From positions 25,312 to 89,311 of the forward strand of contig FR900987.1 in NCBI GenBank assembly GCA_000437915.1: DNA of 64,000 nt. Direction: 5' to 3'. The notes under the pieces are model-generated. The model worked only from the letters and a program-made list of their open reading frames with translations. It had not been told where the DNA came from and made no database searches. Source of the DNA: Subdoligranulum sp. CAG:314 (GTDB lineage Bacteria; Bacillota; Clostridia; Christensenellales; CAG-314). Below are positions 54,770-64,000 of the stretch, in pieces. The position numbers and the translations under genes were made by a program. Every line of letters begins with the position of its first letter. Position 1 is the first letter of the stretch.

Positions 54770-56083
54770 TTATTCTTTTATCAGTCCGAGCGCCTTAGCC
54801 TGCAAAGTAAGACCTTCGCGGAATTTGGGGTGCGCTATGGAAATCAGTTTTTTTGCGCGGTCTGAAACGGACAGTCCCATGAGGTTTACGGCGCCGTATT
54901 CCGTAACTATGTACATCGCGTCGTTGCGTTGGAGGGAGACCGTCGCGCCCGGCTTCAATTGAGGCACGATTTTGCTGATTTCCTCTCTTTCGCCCGTTTC
55001 CTTGTTGAGAACTCTCGCTGTGGAATAGAGCGCCAAAAAGCTCCTTCCGCCCTTGGACATCTGAGTGCCTATCGTTGTGTCCGCCTGCCCGCCCGTGCCG
55101 GAAAACTGTCTTGAACCTATTGCCTCGCTGCACGCCTGTCCCGTCAGGTCAACTTCGAGCGTGGTGTTGATTGACACCTGATTTTTGTTTTTGCGTACCG
55201 TGTAAGGGTCGTTGCATTTGGAACAGCTCATGACGTATACGTCGGGATTTTTGTTTACAAAGTCGTAAACCACGTCCGTCCCCATAACGATGCTTGTGAC
55301 TATCTTGCCCTTCATAAACTGTTTTTTGCTGCCGTTGACAACTCCGCGCATGGCAAGCTTTGCCAATCCGTCTCCGAGCAGCTCGGTGTGAATGCCCAAA
55401 TCCTTTTTCTCCGCGAGAAACTCGGTAACGGAGTTGGGAATCCCGCCTATGCCAATCTGCACGCAGTCGCCGTCTTTGAGATACTCGGCGATATGTCCCG
55501 CAATCATACGGTCCTTTTCGTTGGGCGCGGGAGGCACGTCCTGAGGCAGAGGATAGGACACGGGCACTATGTAATCCACGTCCTTTACGTTGATTATGTT
55601 GTTGCCGTAAGTATAGGGCATTTTGTCGTTAATCTCGACTATGACCTTTTTCGCGTGTTTCACCACGTCGGACGAATATATGTTGGAAAGACCTATGCTC
55701 ATGTTGCCCTCCTCGTCGGGAGGCGTGCAGGTGGTGACGAACAAATCGGGCTTGCCCTGCGCCAGAATGGCGCGCGCCGTGTGGCGCAGGTGGCAGGGCA
55801 CATACGAAACTCTCAAATACTTTTCCGCCTCGCGCGTGGGCTTGGAAAAAAACAAAGAGCGCAGGATAAAGCTGTCGTGGTAAGCGGAGTTTTCCATAAA
55901 AGGATAGCTTCTGAGTCCCAGACAATTTGTCAGCTCCACATCCTTTACTCTGTCCGCTATGGTATGAATATTTTCCAAAAAAGCCTGCGGCTCCACCGTC
56001 GCGTCGCCGAGCGCTATTCTCATACCTGACTTTACCATGTCGAGCGCTTGCCCGACGGTAATAATTTTGTTTTTGTAATCCAT
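54770..56083 (-). CDS. acetyl-CoA hydrolase/transferase family CoA-transferase
   Basis: 437 aa from ATG 56083 (GAGGA, 5 nt, ATG; the ORF track opens at GTG 56095). Family pattern GIGGIPN...SGTGGQ.D. Confidence 0.85.
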   Translation of the reverse strand: MDYKNKIITVGQALDMVKSGMRIALGDATVEPQAFLENIHTIADRVKDVELTNCLGLRSYPFMENSAYHDSFILRSLFFSKPTREAEKYLRVSYVPCHLRHTARAILAQGKPDLFVTTCTPPDEEGNMSIGLSNIYSSDVVKHAKKVIVEINDKMPYTYGNNIINVKDVDYIVPVSYPLPQDVPPAPNEKDRMIAGHIAEYLKDGDCVQIGIGGIPNSVTEFLAEKKDLGIHTELLGDGLAKLAMRGVVNGSKKQFMKGKIVTSIVMGTDVVYDFVNKNPDVYVMSCSKCNDPYTVRKNKNQVSINTTLEVDLTGQACSEAIGSRQFSGTGGQADTTIGTQMSKGGRSFLALYSTARVLNKETGEREEISKIVPQLKPGATVSLQRNDAMYIVTEYGAVNLMGLSVSDRAKKLISIAHPKFREGLTLQAKALGLIKE

Positions 56084-56100
56084 ATATGTCCTCACTTCAA

Positions 56101-56128
56101 TTCACCCCGAAAAAATTTTCGGGGTGAA
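56101..56128. other. 13-bp perfect hairpin between the oxidoreductase gamma gene and the CoA-transferase gene
   Basis: TTCACCCCGAAAA-aa-TTTTCGGGGTGAA. The T6 tract (after cgc) is on the plus strand only. Confidence 0.6.
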
Positions 56129-56159
56129 CGCTTTTTTGTGATTTAGGTTTGCTTTACCG

Positions 56160-56696
56160 TCATTTCGACGCGGCTTCAAAACCGGCTTCAAAAGCTTTGA
56201 GCGCCGATTCCAACACGGCGGGCTTTTTGCCGAATTGCTTGTTGATGACTTTAAGCGCCGACTCCTTGGCAATCGCTTTGGTCGCCGCAACGTAAGCTCC
56301 GAACATAGTCACGTTTGCGGAGCGGTCGCTGCCCGCCTTGTGGGCAAGCTCGTTTGCGGGTATGTAATAGACCTTAACGTCCGTGCGCTCGATTTTGTCC
56401 TCGATAAGAGAGCTGTTGACCAGCACCACGCCGTCCTTTTTGACCATGCCGATAAACTTCGCCACAGAGGGCTTGTTCATGACGATGAGACAGTCGGCGG
56501 TAGCAATCACCGGAGAGCCTACGGGGCGGTCGCTCATGACAACGCTGCAATTGGCAGTGCCGCCGCGCATTTCGGGACCGTAAGAAGGCATCCAGGTGAC
56601 TTCGAGATTTTCTTCCATTCCGGCGTAAGCAAGAAATTTGCCGATACTCAGAACGCCCTGTCCTCCGAAACCGGCCATTATTATTTTATTTTCCAT
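56160..56696 (-). CDS. 2-oxoacid:ferredoxin oxidoreductase, gamma subunit
   Basis: 178 aa. GFGGQGVLSIGK motif. Confidence 0.9.
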   Translation of the reverse strand: MENKIIMAGFGGQGVLSIGKFLAYAGMEENLEVTWMPSYGPEMRGGTANCSVVMSDRPVGSPVIATADCLIVMNKPSVAKFIGMVKKDGVVLVNSSLIEDKIERTDVKVYYIPANELAHKAGSDRSANVTMFGAYVAATKAIAKESALKVINKQFGKKPAVLESALKAFEAGFEAASK

Positions 56697-57448
56697 TACT
56701 TAGTCTCCTTTTCGATATCTTTATAAACTCCCAAAGGATACTTTGCCTGCATCTTTTCCTTGACGAAAGTCATGGCGTCCACGGGGCTGAGTCCCCAGTT
56801 GGTCGGGCAGGTGCACAGCACTTCGATAAGAGTAAAGCCCTTTTTCTGCATCTGATATTCAAACGCCTTTTTGATGGCTTTTTTGGCTTTCATCACGTTG
56901 GCGACGTCGGTAACCATAACTCTTTCAAGATAAGCGGGACCGGTAAGAGAGGAAAGCAGCTCGCACACATTGATGGGGTTGCCGTTGATTTTCGGGTCTC
57001 TGCCGTAAATGCAGGTGGTCGCCTTTTGTCCCACAAGGGTGGTAGGCGCCATCTGACCGCCCGTCATGCCGTAAATGGCGTTGTTGATGAAAATAACCGT
57101 AATGTTTTCGCCGCGCGTCGCCGCGTGTACGATTTCCGCCATGCCTATGCTTGCAAGGTCGCCGTCGCCCTGATAGGTGAAAACCGCCTTGTCCGGGTGA
57201 ACTCTCTTTATGCCCGTCGCAACCGCTGGCGCTCTGCCGTGAGCCGCCTGCTCCATGTCGCAGTTGAAATAGTCATACGAAAATACGGAACAGCCCACGC
57301 TGGCAACGCCTATAAGGTTGTCCATAAGCCCCAATTCTTCCGTGGCTTCGGCAACCAGCTTGTGAACCAAACCGTGCGCGCAGCCGGGACAATAGTGCAT
57401 GGGTTTGTCTGTAAGCATCGCAGACTTTTTGTATACTGTCGTCGCCAT
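56696..57448 (-). CDS. 2-oxoacid:ferredoxin oxidoreductase, beta (TPP-binding) subunit
   Basis: Start moved to ATG 57448 (MATTVYKK) behind GGAGGTGAAATAA. CPGCAHG and GDGD motifs. Confidence 0.9.
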   Translation of the reverse strand: MATTVYKKSAMLTDKPMHYCPGCAHGLVHKLVAEATEELGLMDNLIGVASVGCSVFSYDYFNCDMEQAAHGRAPAVATGIKRVHPDKAVFTYQGDGDLASIGMAEIVHAATRGENITVIFINNAIYGMTGGQMAPTTLVGQKATTCIYGRDPKINGNPINVCELLSSLTGPAYLERVMVTDVANVMKAKKAIKKAFEYQMQKKGFTLIEVLCTCPTNWGLSPVDAMTFVKEKMQAKYPLGVYKDIEKETK

Positions 57449-57450
57449 AA

Positions 57451-58512
57451 TTATTTCACCTCCATAACCTTTTCGACAACGTCTTCCGGCGTCATGATGT
57501 TGCCGCCGCATCTCGTGAACAGGTCAACCGGTTTTTTGCCCATGACGGACAGCTTCACGTCTTCGACAAACTGTCCCATGCTCAGCTCGACGGTGAGGAA
57601 ACGCTTTACCGACGCTTTGGCGGCGTATTTTTCATATACCTTTGTAGGGAAAGGCATAAGCGTGATAGGTCTCACAAGTCCCGCCTTGATTCCCTTTTCT
57701 CTCAACATATAAATCGCCGATTTGATAATTCTGCCCACGCTGCCGTAGCCGGTCAATATGATTTCGGCGTCGTCGCACATGAACTCCTCGCACTGCGTCT
57801 CTTTTTGAGCGATTCTTTCAAACTTTTCCACCAAATGGTTGTTCTGCGCCTCGCCCAGATTAGGGTCGATGTAAATGGAGCTGGCAAGCGTCTTGTCCTT
57901 GCCGTGATGCGTGCCCGTCACAGCCCACGATTTTGTGGAGGGGTCGGGCATTTCCTTCATTTCGGGGAAGGTTACCGGCTCCATAATCTGTCCGAGCAGA
58001 CCGTCGCCCAAAATGCAGACGGGAGTGCGGTATTCGTCCGCCTTGTCAAACGCGTAATAGAGTATATCCACAGCCTCCTGAACGGTAGAGGGAGCATAGG
58101 TAAGCAGCTTGTAGTCGCCGTGGCCGCCGCCCTTTACCGTCTGGAAATAGTCGCATTGAGAAGCAAGTATGCCGCCCAGTCCGGGACCGCTGCGCACCAT
58201 GTTTACTATAACGCAGGGCAGCTCGGCGCAGGCTATGTAGGAAATGCCCTCCTGTTTAAGGCTGATACCGGGGCTGGAGCTGCTTGTCATGGCTCTCGCG
58301 CCGGCTCCCGCCGCGCCGTAAACCATGTTTATTGCCGCGACCTCGCTTTCCGCCTGCACAAAGTCGCCGCCGACCTCGCGGATTCTCCAGCTCATATATT
58401 CGGGAATTTCATTCTGCGGGGTGATGGGATAACCGAAAAAGTATCTGCATCCGCCTCTGATTGCGGCTTCGGCAATAGCCTCGTTGCCCTTCATCAATTT
58501 TTTCTCGCTCAT
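57451..58512 (-). CDS. 2-oxoacid:ferredoxin oxidoreductase, alpha subunit
   Basis: Start moved to ATG 58512 (MSEKKLMKGNEAIAEAAI), overlapping the delta stop by 1 nt (TAATG). Confidence 0.9.
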   Translation of the reverse strand: MSEKKLMKGNEAIAEAAIRGGCRYFFGYPITPQNEIPEYMSWRIREVGGDFVQAESEVAAINMVYGAAGAGARAMTSSSSPGISLKQEGISYIACAELPCVIVNMVRSGPGLGGILASQCDYFQTVKGGGHGDYKLLTYAPSTVQEAVDILYYAFDKADEYRTPVCILGDGLLGQIMEPVTFPEMKEMPDPSTKSWAVTGTHHGKDKTLASSIYIDPNLGEAQNNHLVEKFERIAQKETQCEEFMCDDAEIILTGYGSVGRIIKSAIYMLREKGIKAGLVRPITLMPFPTKVYEKYAAKASVKRFLTVELSMGQFVEDVKLSVMGKKPVDLFTRCGGNIMTPEDVVEKVMEVK

Positions 58513-58715
58513 TATCTCTCCACCTCCAGAATGCTGTCGGGACACATGTGCGCGCACGCCGCGCAGCCCACGCAGGCTTCGGGGTCGGTGCACTCCACAA
58601 CGTAATAACCCTTGTTGTTGCTTACGCTTCCCAGACGCAGGATTTTTTTGGGGCAAGCGGCGACGCACAGCCCGCAGCCTTTGCAGTTCTGGAAATCAAC
58701 AGTAACCTTTGCCAT
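58512..58715 (-). CDS. 2-oxoacid:ferredoxin oxidoreductase, delta subunit (2x[4Fe-4S] ferredoxin)
   Basis: 67 aa. CKGCGLCVAACP and CVGCAACAHMCP motifs. Confidence 0.9.
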   Translation of the reverse strand: MAKVTVDFQNCKGCGLCVAACPKKILRLGSVSNNKGYYVVECTDPEACVGCAACAHMCPDSILEVER

Positions 58716-58762
58716 CTTTGTTTCTCCTTGTTTAAATTTTCTGATTTAATGCGGGCGAAAAA

Positions 58763-59818
58763 TCAATCGACCTTTTCCACCCAACCGAACTTGTCGGCAA
58801 TGCGGCCGCGCTGTATGCCCATCATCTTCTCGTAGAGCAGTTTGGACACCTCGCCCACCTTGTTGCCGTTGATAACCACGTCCTCGCCCTTGTAGCCGAG
58901 CGTACCGACGGGGGATACGATTGCCGCGGTACCCACGCCGAACATTTCCGTGAGGCTTCCGTCCTTTGCCGCTTTCATCACCTCGTCTACGGTAATGCGC
59001 TTTTCGGTGACGGTATATCCTTCGTCGCGCAGCAGCTTGATTGCGCTGTCGCGCGTTATGCCGGGAAGAATGCTTCCCGAAAGCGCGGGAGTGAGCACTT
59101 CGCCGTTTATGACGAACATGACGTTCATCGTCCCGACTTCCTCGATATATTTGCGCTCTATGGAGTCAAGCCACAAAACCTGCGCGTAGCCCTCCGATTT
59201 GGCTATGTTCATGGCAAGAAAGCTGCCCGCATAGTTGCCTATGCACTTGGCTTCGCCCGTGCCGCCGACGCAGGCGCGCACGTATTTGTCCTCCACCTTG
59301 ATTTTCACGAGACTGTTGATGCCCGTAAGATATGCCGCGGCGGGACTTAAAATTATGTAGAATTTGAAATTTCCGCACGTTTTGACGCCTATGCTGGACT
59401 CCGTGGCTATCATCGTGGGACGTATGTAAAGAGACTGACCTTCCTTGTCGGGTATCCAATCCTTTTCGATTTTTATCAGCTCTTTGAGTCCTTTGAGCAT
59501 CTCCTCGACGTCGATTTTGGGCATGCTCATGCGCTCGGCGCTGCGGTTCATGCGGTTGAGGTTGTCGCGGATACGGAAAAGCGTGATTTCGCCCTTCTCG
59601 TTTTTGAAGCACTTGCATCCCTCGAAAATACCCTGACCGTAATGGAATATCATCGTTGCGGGACTCAAAGCAAAATCTTCCACCGGCTTGATGACAGGCT
59701 CGCCCCATTTGCCGTCCGCATAATCGCATTCGAGCATATAGTCCGAAATGTTCTTGCCGAATACGAGATTGGAAAAATCGGGCTTCTGTTTGAGAACTTC
59801 TCTCTTGATAAATTTCAT
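58763..59818 (-). CDS. ilvE: branched-chain amino acid aminotransferase
   Basis: Start moved to ATG 59818 (MKFIKREV) behind GGAGGAAGG. Fold-type IV PLP pattern. 351 aa. Confidence 0.88.
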   Translation of the reverse strand: MKFIKREVLKQKPDFSNLVFGKNISDYMLECDYADGKWGEPVIKPVEDFALSPATMIFHYGQGIFEGCKCFKNEKGEITLFRIRDNLNRMNRSAERMSMPKIDVEEMLKGLKELIKIEKDWIPDKEGQSLYIRPTMIATESSIGVKTCGNFKFYIILSPAAAYLTGINSLVKIKVEDKYVRACVGGTGEAKCIGNYAGSFLAMNIAKSEGYAQVLWLDSIERKYIEEVGTMNVMFVINGEVLTPALSGSILPGITRDSAIKLLRDEGYTVTEKRITVDEVMKAAKDGSLTEMFGVGTAAIVSPVGTLGYKGEDVVINGNKVGEVSKLLYEKMMGIQRGRIADKFGWVEKVD

Positions 59819-59891
59819 CTTTTCCTTCCTCCGGAACACATTTCAAATTTCGGGAAAACAATGAAAATATGTTCCTTTTCTACCGATAATT

Positions 59892-59920
59892 ATCATATTC
59901 GACTTTAAGCGGATTGTCAA
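59892..59920 (-). promoter_or_regulatory. sigma-A type promoter of the ilvE operon
   Basis: Minus strand TTGACA (59920-59915), 17-nt spacer, TATGAT (59897-59892). Confidence 0.7.
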
Positions 59921-60106
59921 GCGCAGCAGTGAGTTTTAAAAGTTTTTTATGTAAAAAATTATGAAATTTATTCATATCTTATTCAATCGTTTTTATAATT
60001 ATGCGACGAAAATAATAAAATCCCCGCATTTTGTATAAAATTCGCAAAAATTCGTGAATACGCATACAGAAAACTATGCGGGCTTGAAATTTACCGTAAG
60101 TTAATG

Positions 60107-60134
60107 AAAGAGCGGGTTTGTCGACCCGCTCTTA
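60107..60134 (-). terminator. tsaD terminator hairpin
   Basis: AAGAGCGGGT / ACCCGCTCTT 10-bp stem 30 nt after the tsaD stop. The U-tract is weak (TTCATT). Confidence 0.6.
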
Positions 60135-60162
60135 AATATGAATAATTTACCTCAAAAGTGTT

Positions 60163-61203
60163 TCAGCGTCTCGACGGTCTGTCCCCTCTGAGTCTCAACG
60201 TAGGTTCGGCGTTTAGGGTAAGGTCGCAGTTGACGCCTTTTTCCGCAAGCAGGAAATACCCCTGCGAAGCGACCATGGCTCCGTTGTCCGTACATAGCTT
60301 TTTCTCGGGAAGAAGCAGTTTGAAACCGTTTTTTCGGGCGAGCGACTCCGCTCTGCCGCGCAGATAGCCGTTTGCGGCTACTCCTCCCGCGAGAGCAAGG
60401 GTTTTGAGTCCCAGCCTTTTCAAATGCTTTTCCGCAAGCGACAGCAGCGGTTCCAGCGCCGCGCGCGAAAAGGACGCGCAAACGTCCTCCGCAGGCAACT
60501 TTTCGCCGCGCTGCGCGGCGTTGTGCATAAGATTGACGGCGGCGGTTTTCAGCCCGCTGTAAGAGAGGTTGCCGTTTTTAAGCAACGGAGAGGGCAAATC
60601 GAACACCGGCTTGCCGGACGTCGAAAGCCTGTCTATCTGCGGTCCGCCGGGATAAGGCAATCCGAGAGTGCGAGCAACCTTGTCGAAGGCTTCGCCCGCG
60701 GCGTCGTCCACCGTGGAGGAAACGACGCGATAATCGTTGTAGCCCACAACGTGCACCAGCGCCGTGTGCCCTCCGCTCGCCAACAGGCAGAGGTAGGGCG
60801 GCTCGGCGTCCGTATCGAGATAATTGGCGCACATATGCGCTTCTATATGATTGACGGCGACAAGAGGCACGCCAAGAGAATAAGCCAATGCTTTGGCATA
60901 GGACACGCCTACGAGCAGACACCCTACAAGCCCCGCGCCGCGAGTCACCGCCACCGCGTCCACGTCCGAAAAATCCGCGCCCGCGTCCTTGACGGCCTGT
61001 TTTGCCGCTCTGTCTATGGCAACCACATGGTTGCGGCCGGCCAGCTCGGGAACCACTCCGCCGTAAAGCCTGTGCAGCTCAATTTGAGAATCTATGACGT
61101 TGGATAAAACTTTTCTCCCGTCCTCGACGAGAGCGCACGCCGTTTCGTCGCAGGACGACTCTATGCCCAAGACGACAAAGCCTTTTTTCAAACCTTGCGG
61201 CAT
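60163..61203 (-). CDS. tsaD: tRNA N6-adenosine threonylcarbamoyltransferase
   Basis: GIESSCDETA N-terminal motif. 346 aa. The start lies 1 nt after the prfB stop. Confidence 0.92.
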   Translation of the reverse strand: MPQGLKKGFVVLGIESSCDETACALVEDGRKVLSNVIDSQIELHRLYGGVVPELAGRNHVVAIDRAAKQAVKDAGADFSDVDAVAVTRGAGLVGCLLVGVSYAKALAYSLGVPLVAVNHIEAHMCANYLDTDAEPPYLCLLASGGHTALVHVVGYNDYRVVSSTVDDAAGEAFDKVARTLGLPYPGGPQIDRLSTSGKPVFDLPSPLLKNGNLSYSGLKTAAVNLMHNAAQRGEKLPAEDVCASFSRAALEPLLSLAEKHLKRLGLKTLALAGGVAANGYLRGRAESLARKNGFKLLLPEKKLCTDNGAMVASQGYFLLAEKGVNCDLTLNAEPTLRLRGDRPSRR

Positions 61204-61204
61204 A

Positions 61205-62297
61205 TCAGTACACCTTGGTAAGATAGTCCTCGATAAAGGGCTGCACGTTTCCGTCCATGACGTCGTTTATATTGGAGTTTTCAAAACCTGTGCGGTGGTC
61301 CTTGACGAGAGTATACGGACAAAAAACGTAGGACCTGATTTGACTGCCCCACTCTATCTTTTTGACGTCCCCCTTGAGCGACTGAGCCTCCTCCATCTGC
61401 TCCCGCTCGCGCAGCTCGGCAAGCTTGCTTTTGAGCATAAGCATCGCCTGCTCGCGGTTTTGAATCTGACTGCGCTGCGTCTGACAGGAAACAACGATGC
61501 CCGTGGGAATGTGCGTGATTCTGATTGCGCTTTCCGTTTTGTTGATGTGCTGACCTCCCGCGCCGCTGCTGCGGTAGGTGTCCACCTTCAAATCCTTGTC
61601 CTCTACGACTATGTCGGTATCGTTGTCGATGACGGGCATAACCTCCAAGGAGGCAAAGCTTGTGTGTCGGCGTTTGTTTGCGTCAAAGGGCGAAATGCGC
61701 ACCAGGCGGTGCACCCCCTTTTCGGCTTTGAGATACCCGTAAGCGTTGTCGCCGAAAACATTGAACGTAACGCTTTTTATGCCCGCCTCGTCTCCGTCCA
61801 ACCGGTCGGTGACTTCCGTTTTGTAGCCGCGGCGCTCGGCGTAACGGGTGTACATCCTGAAAAGCATACTCACCCAGTCCTGAGCTTCCGTGCCGCCCGC
61901 GCCCGCGTGCAGCGTCAAAATAGCGTCGTAGCCGTCGTATTTGCCGGACAACAGCGTTTCTATATGCAGCGTTTCCGCCTTTTCCGCAAGCGCCTTCAAC
62001 TCCGTCTCAACTTCCATAAGGTCGTTTTGATCGTCGGTCAAAGCAATAAGCTCGCTCAGATTTTCCGCGTCTTTTTCAAGAGCCGCAAGAAAATCCAGCC
62101 TGTCCTCGATGTGCTTTGCCTGACGGCTGACCTTTTGAGCCGTGGCAACGTCGTTCCAGAAATCTTCTTTTTGTTGAAGCTGTTTAAGCTCCTCTAACTC
62201 CGCCCTTTGCTTGGGCAAGTCAAAGGGACTCACCTACCCCTTTCAATTTTGTCGATATTTCACGCAAAGTCTGTTTCAAATCCTCTACCTGAATCAA
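61205..62297 (-). CDS. prfB: peptide chain release factor 2 (requires programmed +1 frameshift)
   Basis: ORF0 runs from TTG 62297 for 25 codons (LIQVEDLKQTLREISTKLKGVGESL) and ends CTT TGA C. The +1 frame continues DLPKQRAELEEL... and contains SPF and GGQ (SSGAGGQHINK). Confidence 0.92.
62219..62225 (-). promoter_or_regulatory. RF2 autoregulatory +1 frameshift site
   Basis: CTT TGA C, preceded at 3-nt spacing by the SD-like AGGTGAG. Confidence 0.9.
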
Positions 62298-62341
62298 CTG
62301 AAATCACCCCTTTTGGTTAAAATTTTATGATTTTTCGACTT

Positions 62342-64000
62342 TTACTGTTTTTGCTTGTTTTTCTTGTTTTCGCGGTATTGCCTTTTCAGCTCCTCCGCCT
62401 TTTCCTTGCCGCAGCAGTTTTTGTATTTAAGTCCGCTGCCGCAAGGGCAGGGCTTGTTGAGCACGAGATTGGGATTAAGCTCTTCGGCGTTCTGCACCTC
62501 TTCCGCTTCGACGCGCCTGAATTTTGCGAATAACAGACAGCGAATAGTGGTGAACTCTATATCCTCCTCCATCTGCTCGAACATCTCCGTGGCGCGCTTT
62601 CTGTACACCATAACGGGGTCCTGCTGCCCGTAAGCCATGAGGCCGATTCCCTTGCGCAGCTCTTCGAGGTCGTCGATGTGCTCCATCCACTTTTCGTCTA
62701 TGATTTTGAGAAGCACATAACGCTCTATCTGTTTGAACTCGTTTTCGTCCTCCTCCGCCGCGCGCTCCTCTATCAAACTTCTGACCTCTTTGGAAAGCTC
62801 GTCAAGCACGTGCTTCGCGCCGCGAATCGCCATATCCCGCGTCACGAAGTCCTCCAACTGAGGCAGATATTTGTTTTTGAGTATTCCGTTTACGGCGTCA
62901 AGATTCCACAGGCGGGAGTTTTCCGTTCCGTCGCAGGCGTCTTCCAGCGCTTTTCTCGCAAAACCCGCCGCCATATCGAGAATCATTTCGTGCACGTCCT
63001 CGCCGTTAAGCACCTTGTTGCGGTCGCCGTATATGACCTGACGCTGCTTGTTGTTGACCTCGTCGTATTGCAGCACATGCTTGCGCTGCGAGTAATGTAT
63101 GCCCTCTATGCTTTTTTGCGCCCGCTCGATTTGTCTTGTTATTATCTTTGCTTCTATGGGCACGTCCTCTTCCAGCTTGAAAAACTGCATGACCGCCTGC
63201 ATTCTTTCGCCTCCGAACACTCTCGCAAGGTCGTCCTCGGTGGAAAGAAAGAAAACGCTGCTGCCGGGGTCTCCCTGTCGTCCGCTTCTGCCCCGCAGCT
63301 GATTGTCTATGCGGCGGCTCTCGTGACGCTCGGTGCCTATGATATGCAGACCGCCCGTTTCCAGCACCTTTTCCTTTTCGGCGTCGCAAACAGCCTTGTA
63401 CTTGTCGAAAAGGGCGCGGTAAACCGCTTTGAGCCTTTCCGTTTCCCCGTCGCCGTCCGCGTAAGAGGTTGCAGCCTCTATTTGCTCGTGGGTATAATTG
63501 TTGCGCTCCATTTCCTGCTTTGCAAGGTACTCCGGATTTCCTCCGAGCAGAATATCCGTGCCGCGCCCCGCCATGTTGGTGGCGATGGTGACTGCGTTGA
63601 GCCTGCCCGCCTGCGCGACGATTTCAGCTTCGCGCGCGTTGTTTTTGGCGTTGAGCACGTTGTGCGGAACGCCCTTCTTTTTCAGCATTGCGGAAAGCTC
63701 CTCGCTTTTTTCCACCGAAACGGTGCCGATAAGCATGGGCTGTCCGCTCTTGTGGCGTTCAACTATATCCGCGACGAGATTTCTCAGCTTTGCTTCGCGC
63801 GTGGAATAAAGCACGTCGTCGTAGTCCTTTCTTATCATCGGCTTGTTGGTGGGAATTTCCACTACGTCGAGATTGTAAATATCGTTGAACTCCGCCTCCT
63901 CTGTCTTTGCCGTACCCGTCATGCCGCTCAGTTTTTTGTACATACGGAACAGATTTTGGAAGGTGATTGTGGCAAGAGTTTTGTTTTCCTCCTGTATGCG
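62342..64000 (-). CDS. secA: preprotein translocase ATPase SecA (3' part; 5' end beyond window)
   Basis: The reading frame stays open to the window edge (..RIQEENKTLATITFQNLFRMYKKLSGMTGTA). C-terminal zinc motif CPCGSGLKYKNCCG. Confidence 0.93.
   Translation of the reverse strand, partial: RIQEENKTLATITFQNLFRMYKKLSGMTGTAKTEEAEFNDIYNLDVVEIPTNKPMIRKDYDDVLYSTREAKLRNLVADIVERHKSGQPMLIGTVSVEKSEELSAMLKKKGVPHNVLNAKNNAREAEIVAQAGRLNAVTIATNMAGRGTDILLGGNPEYLAKQEMERNNYTHEQIEAATSYADGDGETERLKAVYRALFDKYKAVCDAEKEKVLETGGLHIIGTERHESRRIDNQLRGRSGRQGDPGSSVFFLSTEDDLARVFGGERMQAVMQFFKLEEDVPIEAKIITRQIERAQKSIEGIHYSQRKHVLQYDEVNNKQRQVIYGDRNKVLNGEDVHEMILDMAAGFARKALEDACDGTENSRLWNLDAVNGILKNKYLPQLEDFVTRDMAIRGAKHVLDELSKEVRSLIEERAAEEDENEFKQIERYVLLKIIDEKWMEHIDDLEELRKGIGLMAYGQQDPVMVYRKRATEMFEQMEEDIEFTTIRCLLFAKFRRVEAEEVQNAEELNPNLVLNKPCPCGSGLKYKNCCGKEKAEELKRQYRENKKNKQKQ

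Noticed and set aside
59925-60060. CodY box or other regulator site upstream of the ilvE operon (AATTTTTGCGAATTTT on the minus strand; TTTTTTA-tg-TAAAAAA palindrome at 59943-59958)
   Set aside because: It has only a loose resemblance to the AATTTTCWGAAAATT consensus, with wrong spacing and arms. The region is uniformly AT-rich, so chance matches are expected. It is not called as a feature.
1-64000. Search for CRISPR arrays, tRNA/rRNA genes, IS elements, integrases and prophage or defence-island gene sets
   Set aside because: I saw no spacer-repeat periodicity, no tRNA-like T-arm/anticodon structures in intergenic regions, and no transposase, recombinase or phage hallmark translations in the ORF track. 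The only exact direct repeat found is the 28-bp operator duplication.

Overview
This is a chromosomal segment with Firmicutes/Clostridia hallmarks: AddAB, strong GGAGG-type RBSs, many GTG/TTG starts, PyrK+PyrD(B), single-chain PurL, and ZTP and guanine riboswitches. I found no rRNA, tRNA, CRISPR array, transposase or integrase. The core is a roughly 22-kb, single-strand nucleotide-biosynthesis block. It holds a ZTP-riboswitch-controlled purE-C-F-M-N-H-D-L-fhs operon followed by a pyrC-carA-carB-pyrK-D-F-E-B operon. Also present are addAB, a gcvT-H-PA-PB operon, pepF, a Cd/Zn-type efflux module (arsR, HMA, P-type ATPase), an ilvE / four-subunit 2-oxoacid:ferredoxin oxidoreductase / CoA-transferase operon, and secA(partial)-prfB-tsaD. 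The rest are surface lipoproteins and LRR proteins plus small regulators. The items most worth follow-up are: (1) a guanine-class aptamer with an apparent ON-type terminator in front of an uncharacterised FAD dehydrogenase; (2) PyrB fused to only the zinc domain of PyrI; (3) a HEPN-like (RNxxxH) + CBS-pair protein; (4) an LRR surface-protein gene whose lipoprotein signal peptide is in another frame, under a MarR-type 45-bp palindrome; (5) an SPT-like alpha-oxoamine synthase divergent from a gcv operon that lacks a glycine riboswitch; (6) a duplicated 28-bp ArsR-type operator/promoter unit. All calls come from reading the sequence and the ORF translations by eye, with no database search or folding computation. 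The many long ORFs antisense to the real genes are judged spurious.
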